Of a stretch of DNA of 64,000 nt, positions 1-12,298 are shown one piece after another. Numbering within the stretch: the first letter of the stretch is position 1; each line of letters begins with the position of its first letter. Position numbers and translations under genes: made by a program. The DNA lies in NCBI GenBank assembly GCA_965285935.1, contig OZ260665.1:55676001-55740000 (forward strand), given 5' to 3'. The notes under the pieces are model-generated. The model was given only the letters and a program-made list of their open reading frames with translations. It searched no databases and was not told the origin of the DNA. This DNA is from Ophelia neglecta. Its lineage: Eukaryota.

Positions 1-1132
1 ATAATTTCATGAAAGATAACACCCGCAAAAGATTACATTCGTGTTGCTTTTATTCGCCGGGTATACATCCTCGTGTTACCTGTTTATTTGTATATGTCGC
101 ATCTGCAAGTTAACCTAATTTGCAGTTATACGTAAGAGGATGCATCTGCAAATTACTCCTTCTTTCATAAATGCCGATGTGCACATGAACCAAATCACGT
201 TTCCATGTTCGTGATTTGTAAAGTGATATTCGGTGGCCATCATGACCTCACAAAACTTATTGTCAATTTCACTGCGAGACATCATAAAAATGTTAATTAA
301 TCTTTAATTTTCATCTCGATCTTATAAACATTACAACATGTAATTATATAAAATAAAAATAGTAAAAAAGGTCACTATAGCAGGCATCTGCAAGGATATT
401 CTACATCCCCAGGTTAGATTATCTTGCAGATGCAAGTTAAGAAGTTGACCGAGCGATGACACTGACGCATCCAAGCTCGGTGCATCAGGACTTCACAGGG
501 GTTGAGTCACACTCTCGAAGAATAAGGAAGCACATTTATTAGTGCAAAGCAACATATGCGTATAAAATGATATGTACCCTCACCTTATCAATTTATCTTT
601 TCACTTTGCAATTGTTTATAAAAATACTGTTCTTGAAAACAAAATACTAACTTGTGATATATCAGTCTGGTGATAGTTTTTGTTGATAAATACTAACTTT
701 TTGAACAAGAGGCGGGTAAAAACGATTCCGAAACTTGTTTATCACATTCTTTTTGAAGTGGGACTTCTTGAATTTGAGACATGGCTTTATATTAGATATA
801 ATGACCAAATGAGCAAAGTTTGCATTTTAGCAAATAAGTTTGTACGTATTTATTCAGATTAGCATTTAACTAGGTCCACAGCTGCCTTTTAAATATTGTG
901 TGGCGCTTGATTCAACAAAATATTGTGTACTTTTAGTCAACTATTGCTTTATTTTTTTAAATTATTTTTGTATAATGTGTATATTTTACTATGTTTAAGC
1001 CAGGTAAGATGCTTTGCGCATTCAATTGACAATGAGCAGTACAAATATCTGAAGTAGTAATAATATTCATATCAAACATTGATGATGAACCATTCATGCT
1101 CTCCAAAATAATTTGACCGTACTGTTTTGCAG

Positions 1133-4100
1133 AATTTGGAAAAGAAGGAGAAGAATTGCTACTTAATTTAACAAATTCGTATCACTCTTCTCAGGTGATT
1201 TTTGAAGTCTTTATTTGCTTAATTACCTCTTTTTATTACGAGACACAAGTTAAGGAATTAGGAGTTATTAGAATTGCGTGGACAGAATGTACCCAAAGTC
1301 ATAAATTTCAATTGATTAGAGGCCGGGTTTACATCCTTTCATTCTGGTAAACGCGCGCAATCACAGTCCCCTGAAACGATTGTAAAACCTGATAAACATC
1401 TGGAGTATCACGTGATATTTTTCAGCGACAGGGTATATTTAAAAGAGTTCTCGATGCCAACAATCTTCGTTTTGAAATGGGGTCCTACTACAACGCTTTT
1501 ATGACACACTCAAGGGTCGATGACGTCATCATTTCCATTCCATATGTGGATTACAGCGGCGCAGGTAATATTAAAGCTTCAAGTAGGCTTTATTTTGCAT
1601 TCTACAGTACACAAGATCTTTATTAAAATAAAACTTCTTAACGTGTTTTTCTGACAAATTACTATTTTGAATTCTGTTTTCTTTCTTTTCGTGTATTTCA
1701 GGTTTAATCACGTCTATTTGCATGCCCATACACCACAAGAGCATATTCCGGGGCGTGGCGTGTATAGATTACAGTATGGCCGATCTGATATCAGACATCT
1801 CATACTATTCCTCGGCGGAACAATCGTACACTTTTGTTATAGGCATGACGCCCTTGATCACCATTATAATTATCATACTTTTTACATGATATCATGTCAC
1901 TTTTTATTTCGTAAAAAAATTACATCTATGTGGCTATAATTGTACTGTAATGAGTTCAGTCGGAAGAAAGGCACTCTCTCTGAAGGGTATATTTTCGTTG
2001 TAGATGGTACAGGGAGGGTGATGCTTCATCCTCTTCTACCACAACCTGCCGATGTCATCGACTTTAATTGGACCCCTGTGTTCATAGGAATAAGCACACT
2101 GGAGAGGAGTAATGGGGCAGAGAAGATAATCAGCAGTATGAGAAGGTTTGACATCATAAAACATTAATAATGTAATCTTTCCGATTAATTTTATTACAAA
2201 GTAAACTTGTTTTGAGAATCTAAAATCAATATACCTTTAACCTTGAAATATGTAGCCGGCAAGTTTACATCAGCAACAATAGGTCTTTAACAAGGATTGA
2301 TTTCCTAAAAAAGGAAGGAAGAAAAACAGGTTCTAGATATTTTAGTACATGAATTGGTAAAGTTGAAATTCCATCTAGCGGGTATATTTAAGCATAAAAA
2401 TGAAACTGAACTGTGAAGGTTATCTTGTGATTTCATCAAATGCCTTCTAAATAAATGGACAGTGAAAATGAATATTTGATATTCATATCTAATCTTATTA
2501 TTTTCAATAGGCTGACTTTTATTTCCTTTTTTCTAAATTTGCTTTGTTGCTGCTGAAGTCCTGCTTTCCCCTACACCATTTGTGCCCGCACTCAATATTT
2601 TTAACTAATTTATAAATTCTCAACATGCGCAGACCTAGAAGAGCCCTCAACTATGAAGAATTGTAGTAAAGGAAGACAGACAGACAGACCAAACTTTATT
2701 ATGTTGCTTACTGTGATCCATCTTTTTACAATGCGTCGGATATCCTTATCTGTTGTTGTTGTTGTTTGGGGTTTACGTGGCTTTCAACACTTATATGGTT
2801 TCTCTTCTGTATCATATATTTGTGTACCGATTGCTTTAAGCAGAGACAATTCGGTAGCACTCACGCTATTTTGTTAATCCAATAAACTATGTTTAAATCA
2901 ATAAGTGTACCCGTATTTTGACATTTAGAGGAGAAAATGGTTCCTTGACAATTGGAATTGAACTTGTGGTTTCGAATGGAGAAGCCAGACGAGACGGAGT
3001 GGCTAGTTTTCCAAGACAAGCCACATACTCATGGACTCCGGTATGTAGCCTGTTGTGAATGGAATTCCATATCAAATACCCATGCCGTTTATAAGCCGCA
3101 ACGAAGAAATTTCTACCATGTGGAAATCGGTTTATTTTAAAGAAGATTAGTTTATTTGTAGATTGCAAATACAAACTTTTCTTTGGCCATCGTTGTCCCT
3201 GAAGGAACTCAAAGTGTTGATTATTTAACGGACGAACTGAGGGCGAGATCAATCTCAAGCAAATTCATTTATCATCGAATGGACCTCGACAGCTCTTTAC
3301 AACTTTGTTCTCACGTCGGACGAATTGCAACTCGAGGTAAGCCTATAGCCTCATTATACACTCTCAGCAGCAGAGGGACGCCAAATGTACGCCATGACGC
3401 CAACGGTTGCTTAAAGGTTGCACGGAACGAAAAAAATTCTTAGCTCTTAAATGTTAAATCAAGGCTGTTCGACGTCGTTTTTAACACAATAAAATAATCA
3501 GCATATAGTGATTAGTTCTGCCTAGAGGCCTTTGTATTTAGGGGTATAATGTCAAATATTCATCTTAGCAAATGTACAAAAACGTTTGCTTACTTGTTTT
3601 GTCACAGGTGGGAGCCATACCGCGCAGATGGACCCATAAATATCCACATGTGTTTTTCGCAATCTCACAATTTCAAAAAAACAACATCCCATGTCTCAAA
3701 TTGTTTACTATCCTTAAGCATGATATCTAAATTTTCCTATTAGCACACTTTTTGTATCTTAATGCATCTTTGTCGCCAAATTGATGTACATTGTTCTTGG
3801 GTTTGGTTATTTTAATGTTTTTGTCGTTGGTTAATCTTTGTTTGTATGACCAGCACATTACTGATTTTAAAGTGACAACAGGCGTACGAGATTATTATTA
3901 ATTACCAAGGAAACTCGGTGTCATGTTTGTTTATAATATCCCTCGACTTCGTATAATATCACTATTGTGCTAAGAAATCAGCGTTCCGTGATTCAAAAGC
4001 AGTTTGTCAATGAAATGAGTCAGGTTTTCCGTCCGATTAGGTCAGTTTTTCCGTGAAAGGACTATTTATTACATGCCGGAAAGCCTGAATCATTTGCACA

Positions 4101-7100
4101 ACACCAATTATGAAACCTGGTTTTCACTGTCGGGTAGAAGTGGGAGAGTAGCCAGTGTCGCACATCGTATTCACACGTTGCCATGCAACATTGTAGTAGC
4201 TCACTGTCGTTTCATTACAGATGGTGTGAACGTAAAATTCACCCCAGTTGCCTTTAGCGAGCCCCTGTCCTATGTTAACAAAGAGGAAACAAATCGCGAT
4301 GACATCATAAGATATAAAGAATACATGGAGGGAAGGGACTCCCTGCAGCCGGATGTCAAGTTAAAGGCAAGTGCTCCTGAGCAGGCATGTCTCGTTGAAT
4401 GTTCACGAACACACACAAGAACATACGCACATACACTCGTTCTAGATAGTTTGATTTAATCCTTATATGATGCCGTTTTTCAGGATGGAATCAGATCAAT
4501 AGTGGCTCAGACTGAGGGTGTTTTTGATGTCTGGAATAAAATAACTCAATACACACGGAATATTTTGTGGAGATATGCCGGACTCGAAGCTGGAGCATTT
4601 ATCGTGTTTCCCGGGTTTGCTTCTGACAAAAGATATGATCATACAAAACGACCGTGGTATGACTTTACCTAATGTATTTAAATGTTCATGACAAGCATTA
4701 TTTTGTAATTAACGTAATTATCAATCGTAACAAAATTATATTAAAATAAAACAAAACACTAGAGTTTATATGTCGAATTTTCGGCAGACAAGCCTTCTTC
4801 TGGACTTTATTTAAAATGAAAGGTTTATGTTGACTATACACAGAAGGCACTGTGTAAAGTCAATATAAACCTTTTATATACCCTATAGTGTTTTGTTATA
4901 TTTTAACGTTATTATAGTAGAATTACCCTCGATCATAACAGAGCCATATAACCAGTACTGTTAAACCTTGAGCACACTGGAATGCATATTGATTCTCCTG
5001 CAAAATGCCAAATCTGAGTAAGACCGTTGTTGAAAACAGTCCTCGAAATGAAGTTGTATTAAAGTTAATCATTATTGAGCTCAGACTAAAGAGCACTACG
5101 TAATGTGGTCAGCCAAACGGTGTGTCCAACTAGTATGGGTGTATTGCAGGCGTCGACAGTCACTGGAAAAATATACTATTTTGCCATCCACACATCACCG
5201 TTTACGATTCCAACTTACACAGCTTTTAATCGAGTATTGTTATAATGCAACGCTCGTTGTTTCAGGTTGGAACACATTCGCTTTATGATTTTCAGTTAAG
5301 TTTGTAATGTTTTTATTGACCGTAAAGGTATAGAAGGTCGTTGGCCAACCCAGGGAAGTTAGCTTTCTCCTCCCCTTACACGGACGCTGGAGGTCTAGGC
5401 GTCGTTGTCACCATATCTAAAACCCTCCTCGAAGGCAGGCAAGTACAATATAAGTTATTCTTCTATGTATTTATACGCTTCTACGTATATATACATAATC
5501 TAGACGTAAAGCCCCTGCTTTGTAAACATCGCTGTTATCCTTGTATTATAATATTTAAAAAGATAATTCGGGTCTCGGTTTGACTACATAAGTAAAGCCA
5601 AATATAATACGATATTTCCATTCCATAAATTCGCAAAACCTTGTCCTATGTATATTCAAAGATGGTTATGGTATAGCGAACAGACGTCTTTATCACACTC
5701 GTGATTATATGGATTTCACTTTGTCAACGTCTCCTTGTTCGTAATAATATCCTTTCGCATTCACTGTAGACTCAAACAAAAGCTTTTGCCAACTCACCAA
5801 TTTTGATTATAATACAATATACCTCTGTTGTTCAACATTTTTACACTACTATTAATTAGTTTTGCCTTACGAAAGGAGGATTTTATGAATTTTAAAAGTA
5901 TTCCCGTGCACGTTATTTCTGATAACTAATTTTTTCTGCCCATTTCTTTCTGCTAAATACTTTCAGTTTTATAAAAGAACGAAGCAGTCTTTAAGTATAT
6001 ATGCTGAGAGTAGGAGAACGAAAGATTTACTCAAGAAAAAGTGTGTGGAAACATATAAGAGGAGAGCGGTGTCTTCCGGTTCTCCCTCCATAGACAATAG
6101 AATACTGCTTTTGTTGCAATGAATTACGAAACGTCCATGCCTCAAATCGTTGTTCTAGGGAACATGACATTGTGCACAAAACATCCGTTCTTAGTGTGTT
6201 ACCTCTATTTTTATCTCAATGCCACTTTTGCTATTGTAGATCTGGAGGTCATTCGCCGAACGACGCCGTCATAGGAGTTATGGGCATGGACTTTGCCCTG
6301 GCATCCATTAAAATATTTTTGGATGATGCCTTTCCGGCCTGTCAAATGTCAAGTTATAGGTAAAGTGAAATGCCTGAACCTCTAATTCCAACCTCAAAAT
6401 GTATTTACAAAACAAGTACTTGGTTAATCGTATTAATAGTTAGTTCTGTAATTATTTGTGACATTTCAGTTGCTTCCTGTTAGACTCAAGTGGTTATTTA
6501 GTCTTCCATGAAGACTTTCTAAAAGACTCCTCTTCAGAGCACACAGAATTTATTCATGTAATTAAAAAGGTAAGTGGATGCGTGTTGGAAAAAAAACTGT
6601 CTTGCTCTGTCTATCTAAAATTTATCCTGTAAATAAATTCTTATATACTTTTTACGTAGTGTATGTGCGTTTTTTATCAGTCAGTAGTCCGCGGGGCAGA
6701 TAGGCTCCCCGGGCGCCCCCCCCCCCCTCTCCCACCCCAGCATCTTACCACGCGGGTATTTGTTTGGTCCTTATAAAGGCATCAAAACCAAACATCACCT
6801 TGGTTAAAAGAAACAAATCTAATTGAAATATCTCATCCCATTTGATCACCGGATTAAGTTGCCATAACCACAAAGGTCTTATTTCAATTTCCACAACGGA
6901 TTTTGGGTGCCCTTGTATACTGAGCCAAGATAGCAAGTCCAAAGGAAAATATTCAATGTTAATACATTTTTCCTTATTCCGCTTCTCATGTAAAACCTAA
7001 ACATCCAAATGAAAGGATTCTTGGGCGAAAGGAGGGTGTGCACGATAAGCAATGAAATGATTATCGGACGCACGCTGAGCATATCTGGCCCTCGGACTAC

Positions 7101-9729
7101 AGCTTATTTTTCTAGAACTATAGTTAATCGTTTTTAAAATACTGACCAGCACTCTTAGTTATTGAATAGGCATGGTTGCCAGAAAATGGAAACCATCAGA
7201 CCAAAAACAAATCCGTTGTCGAGAACACATTTATAACTGAACACCTATATTTGAATTTGGAAAGTTCATTGTTCTAGGAACCCCAAATCGCAAGGGTATT
7301 GATCAAACTGGCGTATCTCACTCGACAATCGTGCGATGATTTTGAGGATAAGGATAATTACAACACTTGGAAGGTAAGTACAAGTTCTCATAAACGAGGC
7401 CGATAGATAGTCTTCAGAAATCGTATGTTTTAATTGGGCATTACATGCGCAATTCATCGTCTCCCATGAAACAATAAATATCCCATTCCTATTAGTTTCA
7501 GCTTTCAAAATTTCCTACTGGAGTTATAGAGCATTTACACCAAGCGCCTTCTTTTGAGGCAGAGTGGGTCCCGGATTCAAACGTCTTCCTATTTATTAAG
7601 AACAACAGCCGCTCTAGTGTCGCCGACTGTATTTGCCCTGTAGTAGTAAGTACGACTTTAGTTTCGACAATTATTTATATCCAAATGTGGTAAACGTTAC
7701 TCCCGCTTTGCTGAATATATATATATTCATTTGTGGAAAATACTTAAACTATCACACTCACTGCATTTATTACATTGCTGTTAAAAGAACTGTTGATTCT
7801 AGGGACGGGAAATTCTTCAGTGTAAAAATCGTAGCCGCAGTTCATGTGAATGTCCCTGTAGGAACACGACTGAGTTTGATTACTGTCGAAACACCTTCCC
7901 ATATAAACGGTAAGTGAAACAAGGTCAGCATAGCTCCGTTTGCGTTAATACTACAGAAACGGCTGGGTGGTGTTAGCAGCCCCTGCCTCCATAGCACCCC
8001 ACGCCAAAACTAAGTTAAATTTGTCTAATTTCTGCCAGTTGGAAAAGTGTGTTTCTTTCAATGACTGGCGACATCCCCAAATTTGTTTGGATAAAGACCT
8101 AGCCTATTACTATACTTAGGGTTTGTTTTTTTTCCCCTATTATTTATAAACTTAATATGCTGCAAAAGGTTTGTAAATGGCGTCAAAAACCATTTTCTAC
8201 GCATTGACGTTTTTGAGGTAATTTTAACTGAACAGGTTTAAATTTCTTGCGTTTACCTTATTAGAAATAGTCGAAAGCACCTAAAACTTTAGAAAATACC
8301 GTCAAAGCTCGCAAAATCACTGACCCAACTCAATTTCGGACAAAAATTTATGAGCATAATTGAACTCTGTATTTTGTGTTCTGGTAATGTACATGTTTGG
8401 ACGAGGTTTATTATGCCCATGTGGCAGCAAAATAATCAATTGTCCACTGAAAGGTCTCTGAAAGTGCGGTCGGGTGAATTGGTTTATCAAAATAAATGTT
8501 TCTATCGCAGTGGGCCCGGCAGTGGGTAGCCTAATAGGGTTATTAATATGTACATTTCCCTTTTCAGGGACAGGCCAGCGCCATGTGTATTGGACACTGT
8601 GTTCGTCGAGTTCCACAGCCCTGTACCGAATGAAACGCAATTAGCAGACTCATTAGATCCATGCTATGTTATTAACTGCACCGGTTTAGATTTATGGTAT
8701 TTCCTTTGTAGTCATAAATATTTTTCTTTATATTTGTAGTGAATGCCAGTTTTTATTTTTTTAAGCCCATTGGCGCGCAAGACCAAAGATATGGGTTTAC
8801 GAGAGGTTATACTTAGTAGGCAATAGCTAGATTCAAATCTTTTTTGGCAACTTTCTAACTGCAGCCTTTGCCTTTTTTTTAGGAATTAAATGCAAATTAA
8901 GACTCATAGCTGTTTGAAACAGTGGCGCGATATACTCAAGTCATAATTCAATAAGGGTTAAAGGCAACCACGTTTCGCACAAAATGTGTATTATTTCACA
9001 CTTCGAAACAAAATATCTATACATATTTTTATCTCAAGCATGTGGTATTTATTTTTGAAAAGCTAACAAAGTTCTTGTTTATAGTCCTACGGGGAATTTC
9101 ACCACATTATTTTCGTGATATATAGGAGATGCAGGTCGGTTCCTTTCTGCGTTTGGTGTGCTTCTCTCTCCAAGTCAGCCGAGTGCCGCGTGAGGGCAAG
9201 CTGTCCACACCCAGAAACCTCTACTCCTAGAGTCACTTCACAAGCTTTCAATAATACAGGTGATTATTCTGTTTTCAAACAAGTCTTCTTATATAAAAAC
9301 ATTCAGGATAGGCATATTATAATTGTAAAATACCACTTTAACCTGTCAGATCTGGTCTTTGACCTGCCCCGCACTTTTCCACCTGAGAAAAGTAAACGGT
9401 ATCGCTTCATGGTAGCATTAAATTCTGTTGTACAATTTATATGTTACATTATTCCATATCAAGATTTGCCTAAAGGACCTGCAGAGCTGAAACTGGAGGC
9501 TGTTATTGGAGGAGCTGCTGGGGGCATTATCGTCATACTTCTGGTTGTCATTGCCATAGTAGTTTACAAAAGGAAATCTACAGGACAACCAGGTCGCCAA
9601 GACCTTTTTTTCAGTCCCAGTAGTGCTAGTAGTTGTGGCACTGAACTCTCGTCAACATTCGACAATAGGCCTAGGCTTATGACTAAGAGCCCCATATATC
9701 ACGAACCTGATAACCAAAGTTTAGGGTAA
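1133..9729 (+). CDS. CACHD1-like: VWA and Cache domain-containing protein (CACHD1/alpha2delta family), tandem copy A; 5' part lies outside the window
   Basis: 17 exons with compatible phases: 1133-1194, 1426-1564, 1702-1842, 2004-2145, 2929-3040, 3162-3336, 4221-4366, 4484-4656, 5328-5438, 6240-6359, 6470-6569, 7278-7373, 7502-7645, 7803-7909, 8568-8696, 9126-9259, 9485 (or 9464)-9729. Family motifs: IPYVDYSGAGLITS, FVIDGTGRVMLHP, WRYAG...YDHTKRPWY, PYTDAGGLGVVVTISK, GVMGMDF, CFLLDSSGYLVFH, CECPC, CVWC. TM segment VIGGAAGGIIVILLVVIAIVVY is followed by KRK. Exon-for-exon match to exons 8-24 of copy B. Confidence 0.9.
4741..4906. repeat. Nested inverted repeat (fold-back) in an intron of copy A
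   Basis: Outer arms 4741-4764 and 4883-4906 (24 bp, 2 mismatches). Inner arms 4819-4843 and 4850-4874 (25 bp, 2 mismatches, 6-nt loop). Confidence 0.8.
6685..7099. mobile_element. Non-autonomous DNA transposon (MITE), Academ-like termini
   Basis: TIRs tagtccgcggggcagata and tatctggccctcggacta (2 mismatches in 18). TAG...CTA ends, flanked by a 3-bp direct repeat CAG (6682-6684, 7100-7102). Absent from the equivalent intron of copy B. Confidence 0.75.
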
Positions 9730-9951
9730 CAGACGACCAACAACTGTCTCCCTACGCTTTACTGTATACGATATATAAAGACAGTTAACAGCTCTCCTTG
9801 CCGTCAAATACAATCAACGTTTTATCTTAGTTTATAGTCTGCCGGTTGGGTGGAGGCAACATTGTAAGCGCTTGTATATTGTCTCGAATCGAATTTCCTT
9901 TTGGTTTCACTTTCGATTAACTCAGATAGACGAGTTGGTCAGTAAATAACA

Positions 9952-9957
9952 AATAAA
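9952..9957 (+). terminator. Candidate polyadenylation signal of copy A
   Basis: AATAAA about 220 nt after the stop at 9729. The background is AT-rich, so the match is not unique. Confidence 0.35.
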
Positions 9958-12298
9958 TATGCATTTGCAACATATTTTTTATTCGGAGACAAGAATTTTA
10001 AATAATCTCAGTCTTTTCTTTTTTTAACATGATATATTTAAATAATTGTATATTGGGGAATACATCTGTGTCTTATAATGAGTCCTACTGTCAGATTGAA
10101 AAGTATAGAACCTCGTCGCACGACTGGATAATAGAAATAAACTCCTAAAATGTGAGTGAACAGAATGTTATTCTGGTTAATTGCCTGATACCCAATCTTA
10201 TATATCAACGGACATATTTGATAATACATGTTGTTGCCTGTTTTTTTCCTGATATCAAAAACCTATATAAAGGAAAGTCGTATCTTACTTAGGTGGCAAG
10301 GATCTTCAAACGCACTGTCGTGCCAACAAACTGTGTGTCAAATTGTTAAATAAGTATCAAAATAAATCCAAGCCACAAACCGCAAACAACAAAATAAATA
10401 AAGTTTAAAAATTTAAAAGTCAGAACCAATTCCCAACCCTCATTTCCTCCTGTAGCATTGTGTACCGAAAGTTTGCTGTTTACCAACAACCTACATATCA
10501 ATACTTCAAAAAATCCATTCCCTGCTTCCAAACAGTAAACAATTGTGTTACGCAAATAAAAAACAATGAAACCATAACTAAGATATTACTTGCAATGAGA
10601 AGTACAAAAAGCAAACAAGTAGTCAAGTAAGACAGAAATGAAAAAACAATGGAGACCGAAGATGAAATGGTCGCAGTTAACTGGTCCCTACTAGGGCCTA
10701 CCATTGCGCGCGTGTTTTGTCTGGCCCTGCCGCGCATCGGGGCGGCTTGCGACCAGAGTCAGGGTAGTGTTTTCTAATGAAAGAAAAGTTCAGTCAAAGT
10801 CCAAAATAAATAATCATTCCATCGAGTGAGAAAAATGTGTCTTTCATTTGAACACAAGTTATTTCACTTGCTGCTTATAACAATTTTGATTGGTCCAGTG
10901 GGTGATTAAATCCGTTTAATTACTCGTGGAACATCAGGCTTTCCAAATACAAACAGCTGGAAACTTAAACTGATGTAAAAAAAAAAAGGATAGCTATGTG
11001 TTTTTGGAATGCATGCACTATTACACACTAGGAGCCTGTACATTAAATTAAAATGTTGCTCAATGAATTGATGCAAGGAATATCTTGGAACTTTGGGCAG
11101 ACAAGCTACTTGTAGTGAAACTACTATCCCATGATGCATCTACACAAGCCCTTTTATTAACAAGCCGATTCGAATTTGGGCGGTGTCCTAGTAGCCAGGT
11201 CTGGAATTGCTTCAGAAGACAATCTGCTCCAGCCCTGCTAAGGTTTAAAAAAAAATCTGATAAGGTTTTTGAAGAAAAAACATCGACCAGTTCCTTCAGG
11301 GAATGCCAGCTTCGTTCAACTGCGAAACGCCATTTATTTCAGAAAAAAAATTGAATATCTGATTGTAAGTGGTGGTCACCTGTTGAATGAAGTCTAAACC
11401 AATTTAAGTCTTCAAACTTAATTACGAAAGTTACTTTGTAGCCGATACTGTATGCAGTTGACGTCATTGCCGATAAGCAACGGTTTTATATGTTTCTTAA
11501 AAAGTCAATGCCCCTTTCTGGAGCTCCTCAAATGAGAATATTGCCTTGGAGATTTTCAAAAGTGTGTGACGAATGTTGGTTGGTAATTGTTTTGCGAAAC
11601 AGCCGACATTTCAAAGTTCGTCGCAAGTTAGTTAAGTGGGGTTAATGAATGGTGCCATTGGTATCTATTTGTACCTGGACATCTGATAGGGTGCTGTGTA
11701 GACAATTATAATTAATTGTAATTTGGTAATTAGAAAAAAAAATACTCGGAAGGTACAATTATAATAAAGTTGCCCCAAGATTCATCAGATTCATGTGACA
11801 ATTAATCTCTAGGTCATTTGCCCATTAAATGATAATGTTCTCAAATACATGGTTGTCGCGTTTGACTGCACAAGGTGAAAAGAAATGTGTTTATATTTAA
11901 CCCCACGTAAATGCATTAGAACACCCAGGAGCGGGCGCCACTGCATGGCCAAAGACCTATTATGCCACTGCTACCAAACCCAGGATTCTTTGTTACCTAA
12001 ATTATAATGCGCCAGTTTGGTTAGTTTGTCGTCTTTCTTCTCTTTGACTTTAAGCTTTATATGTAACCCGAATGTAGACGCGTATTGTTAGCTGGTTGTG
12101 ATGTGTACATTTTAGAGGCAAAACTGAACTATTTACTTGGAGACCGAACCACATTCCAAGTCAGCTATAATCACTACGCAGTCTTTTATTACATATCGGT
12201 CCGCAACTATCTCATGTTCGTGAAACATGAATAAATTTGTGCGTCCATAAAAACAAGGATTTAAAGACTTTATTATACATTTAAATGCACAAGTAACA

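Noticed and set aside
1-560. Repeated gcatctgcaa motifs suggesting a transposon in the copy A intron
   Set aside because: Probably repeat-derived, but termini and TSD cannot be defined at the window edge.
2893-3258. Antisense ORFs shared by both paralogues (also 19041-19370)
   Set aside because: These are shadows of the conserved plus-strand exons.
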